64,000 bases of DNA. Origin: an uncultured bacterium (GTDB lineage Bacteria; UBP4; UBA4092). Below, piece by piece: positions 61,905-64,000 of the stretch (its first letter is position 1; each line of letters begins with the position of its first letter). Under the pieces are notes generated by a model, which saw only the letters and a program-made list of their open reading frames with translations, did no database searches and had not been told where the DNA came from. Location: positions 368,869-432,868 of the forward strand of contig CAZXWN010000001.1 in assembly GCA_964644695.1 (NCBI GenBank), written 5' to 3'. The position numbers and the translations under genes are program-made.

Positions 61905-62460
61905 AATAATTCGCCAAAGAATTCACGATCATATTGACACAGCAAAGACATTATACGACCACGAAGAAATAATCAACAAAGTTGTCAGTCTCATTTGTCA
62001 ATGTATCCAAAATGGAAATAAAGTGTTGTGTTGTGGAAATGGTGGTTCTGCAGCGGACTCACAACATATGGTTGCTGAATTAGTGGGGAGGTATTTGTTG
62101 AATAGGAAAGCATTCCCTGCTATTGCCTTAACCACAAATACTTCCAATATAACAGCTATTGCAAATGATTTAGATTTTTCGGATATTTTTTCGCGACAGA
62201 TTGAAGCCCTCGGCTTTGCGGGTGATGTGCTTATTTTATTTTCTACAAGTGCTGTAAGTCCCAATATTACAAAATCTATTGAAATAGCAAAGAAAAAGAA
62301 AATTACATCAATAGGATTTACTGGAACGAAAAATTTCTTAATTCCTTGTGATTATGAAGTACATATTAACAGTCAAGATACTCCACGAATTCAAGAAATG
62401 CACATTACCCTCATTCATATCATTTGTGAGCTCATTGAGAGGGAATTAGCCCATGTATGA
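61897..62460 (+). CDS. gmhA: Sedoheptulose-7-phosphate isomerase
   Basis: CGNGGSAADSQH, AIAND, FSRQIEA, RIQEMH. Confidence 0.88.
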   Translation: MTEIIRQRIHDHIDTAKTLYDHEEIINKVVSLICQCIQNGNKVLCCGNGGSAADSQHMVAELVGRYLLNRKAFPAIALTTNTSNITAIANDLDFSDIFSRQIEALGFAGDVLILFSTSAVSPNITKSIEIAKKKKITSIGFTGTKNFLIPCDYEVHINSQDTPRIQEMHITLIHIICELIERELAHV

Positions 62461-63475
62461 GCCATCAATTTCGATAGTAATACCTGTATATAATTCCTCA
62501 GCTTATTTATCTCTGTGCTTGGAAGCTATCAGAAAACAAAAGTATGACCATAGCAAGATTGAACTCATTATTGTGGATGCTGGATCGAAAGATAATACAA
62601 TCGAAATTGCAAAAAAACATGGAGCAACTTTTATACTAGAAAATCCACTAAAAACAGGGGAGGCTGGCAAATCAGTTGGTGTACAGCATTCTTCAAATGA
62701 GATAATTGCATTAATTGATAGTGACAACATAATTGAAGATGAACATTGGCTGCACAGGATGGTTGAACCTTTTAGAGATCCCACGGTTGCAGCTTCTGAA
62801 CCATGGTTATACACATATCGAAAAATAGATCCAATGATTACAAGATATTGTGCATTAATAGGAATGAATGATCCTTTATGTTTATATTTAGGAAACTACG
62901 ATCGGATTTCTACGATAACAGGGCGATGGACAGATCTTCCTCTTACAATTGAGGATAAGGGAGATTATCTGCTCTTTAATATTCCTCCAAACGATATCTA
63001 TCCTACAATTGGGGCAAACGGTTTTCTGATTCGAAGAGAGCTCTTACTCAAATGTGAATATATTCCGTACCTATTTGATATAGATTTGCCAGAACAATTG
63101 AAAATTTTTGGTAATTTTAAATATGCAAAAGTAAAGATTGGAATACTCCATTTATATGCATTGAGATGGAGTGACTTTATTCGTAAACAAAAGAGGAGAA
63201 TTAAAGATTACCTGTTTTACCGGGATAAACAGCTAAGATATTATCCATGGCAAAAAATTAGTAAATTCAAGACAGTATTGTTTGTTTTGAGAACGTTATT
63301 AATATTACCTGTTTTATGGGACTCAATTAAAGGATATTCAAGAGTAAAAGATTCTGCATGGTTATTTCACTTACCAGCTTGTTGGATTACACTCTTTGTA
63401 TATGGATCCGGCCGGCTACTTTCCTTGGTTCCAGGTTCAAGTCAAATTCTTGATCGCAGTAACTGGAAAGGTTAA
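62453..63475 (+). CDS. Glycosyltransferase family 2
   Basis: SIVIPVYN, IIVDAGSKD, LIDSD. Confidence 0.88.
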   Translation: MYEPSISIVIPVYNSSAYLSLCLEAIRKQKYDHSKIELIIVDAGSKDNTIEIAKKHGATFILENPLKTGEAGKSVGVQHSSNEIIALIDSDNIIEDEHWLHRMVEPFRDPTVAASEPWLYTYRKIDPMITRYCALIGMNDPLCLYLGNYDRISTITGRWTDLPLTIEDKGDYLLFNIPPNDIYPTIGANGFLIRRELLLKCEYIPYLFDIDLPEQLKIFGNFKYAKVKIGILHLYALRWSDFIRKQKRRIKDYLFYRDKQLRYYPWQKISKFKTVLFVLRTLLILPVLWDSIKGYSRVKDSAWLFHLPACWITLFVYGSGRLLSLVPGSSQILDRSNWKG

Positions 63476-63534
63476 CTATTTATTATTTGGTACTGATAGT
63501 ATTATTTAATTACGATTATTGAAATGAGACTTCT

Positions 63535-64000
63535 ATGCAAACTGAGATTAAAAACAAACTGGAGAATATACTCGAAAACGTTGGCGATATGGGCTTTAAA
63601 AGAAGGGTTTTCTGTATATTTGATTACTTAGATATTCAAGCAAACGATGTCGTTTTAGATTGTGGTTGTGGTGAAGGTTTTTACACAATGGTTATGAATG
63701 AATTGTTTGAATGTAAAATCACAGCTTTAGACGCAGATGAGAAATTATTAAATATGGCAAAAGATCGAGTAGGAAATTCGACTAAAGTAGAGTTTGTAAA
63801 AATGGATGCTCAGAATTTGCCATTTCCTGATAATTCGTTTGATAAGATAATTTTCACTGAAGTACTTGAACACATACCAGATGAGATATCAGCTTTAAAA
63901 GAGTTATACAGGATATTAAAACCAGGTGGTGTTGTAGCGCTTACAGTTCCTTCTCATAACTATCCTTTCTTATGGGATCCACTTAATAAAATTCGTGAGG
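63535..64000 (+). CDS. Class I SAM-dependent methyltransferase (runs off the window; absent from the ORF track)
   Basis: Translated by hand: MQTEIK...VLDCGCGEG...DAQNLPFPDNSFD...EVLEHI...RILKPGG. Confidence 0.88.
   Translation, partial: MQTEIKNKLENILENVGDMGFKRRVFCIFDYLDIQANDVVLDCGCGEGFYTMVMNELFECKITALDADEKLLNMAKDRVGNSTKVEFVKMDAQNLPFPDNSFDKIIFTEVLEHIPDEISALKELYRILKPGGVVALTVPSHNYPFLWDPLNKIRE

Overview
AT-rich chromosomal segment from a bacterium I cannot place taxonomically (lptB and gmhA suggest a diderm; hprK is also present). It is mostly housekeeping and envelope genes: gap-tpiA-pfkA, dcd, rarA, serS, rtcB, queG, secG-opp/dpp ABC operon, cysE-Rrf2, aroB-aroQ, lptB-hpf-hprK, alaS-yqgF-mltG, four tRNAs (Arg-UCG, Ser-GCU, Tyr-GUA, Thr-UGU) and glycosyltransferase blocks. 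It also holds two separate type IV minor-pilin cassettes and several N-acyl/amino-sugar-type enzymes. I saw no integrase, transposase, prophage, CRISPR array or rRNA. Best leads: (1) a 28-bp palindrome CATCGAAC[G/A]AGAT-NN-ATCTTGTTCGATG in four intergenic copies (REP-like); (2) a 4-PDZ HtrA followed by a secreted trypsin-like protein lacking catalytic His and Ser; (3) a small basic protein with a permuted HMG-box-like C-terminus, divergent from a GH52/GH116-like gene whose upstream region folds into a multi-way junction abutting its RBS; (4) a creatininase-family gene tightly sandwiched between two tRNAs. All family calls come from motif recognition by eye, with no database search, and several start codons were moved from the ORF track based on RBS or overlap.
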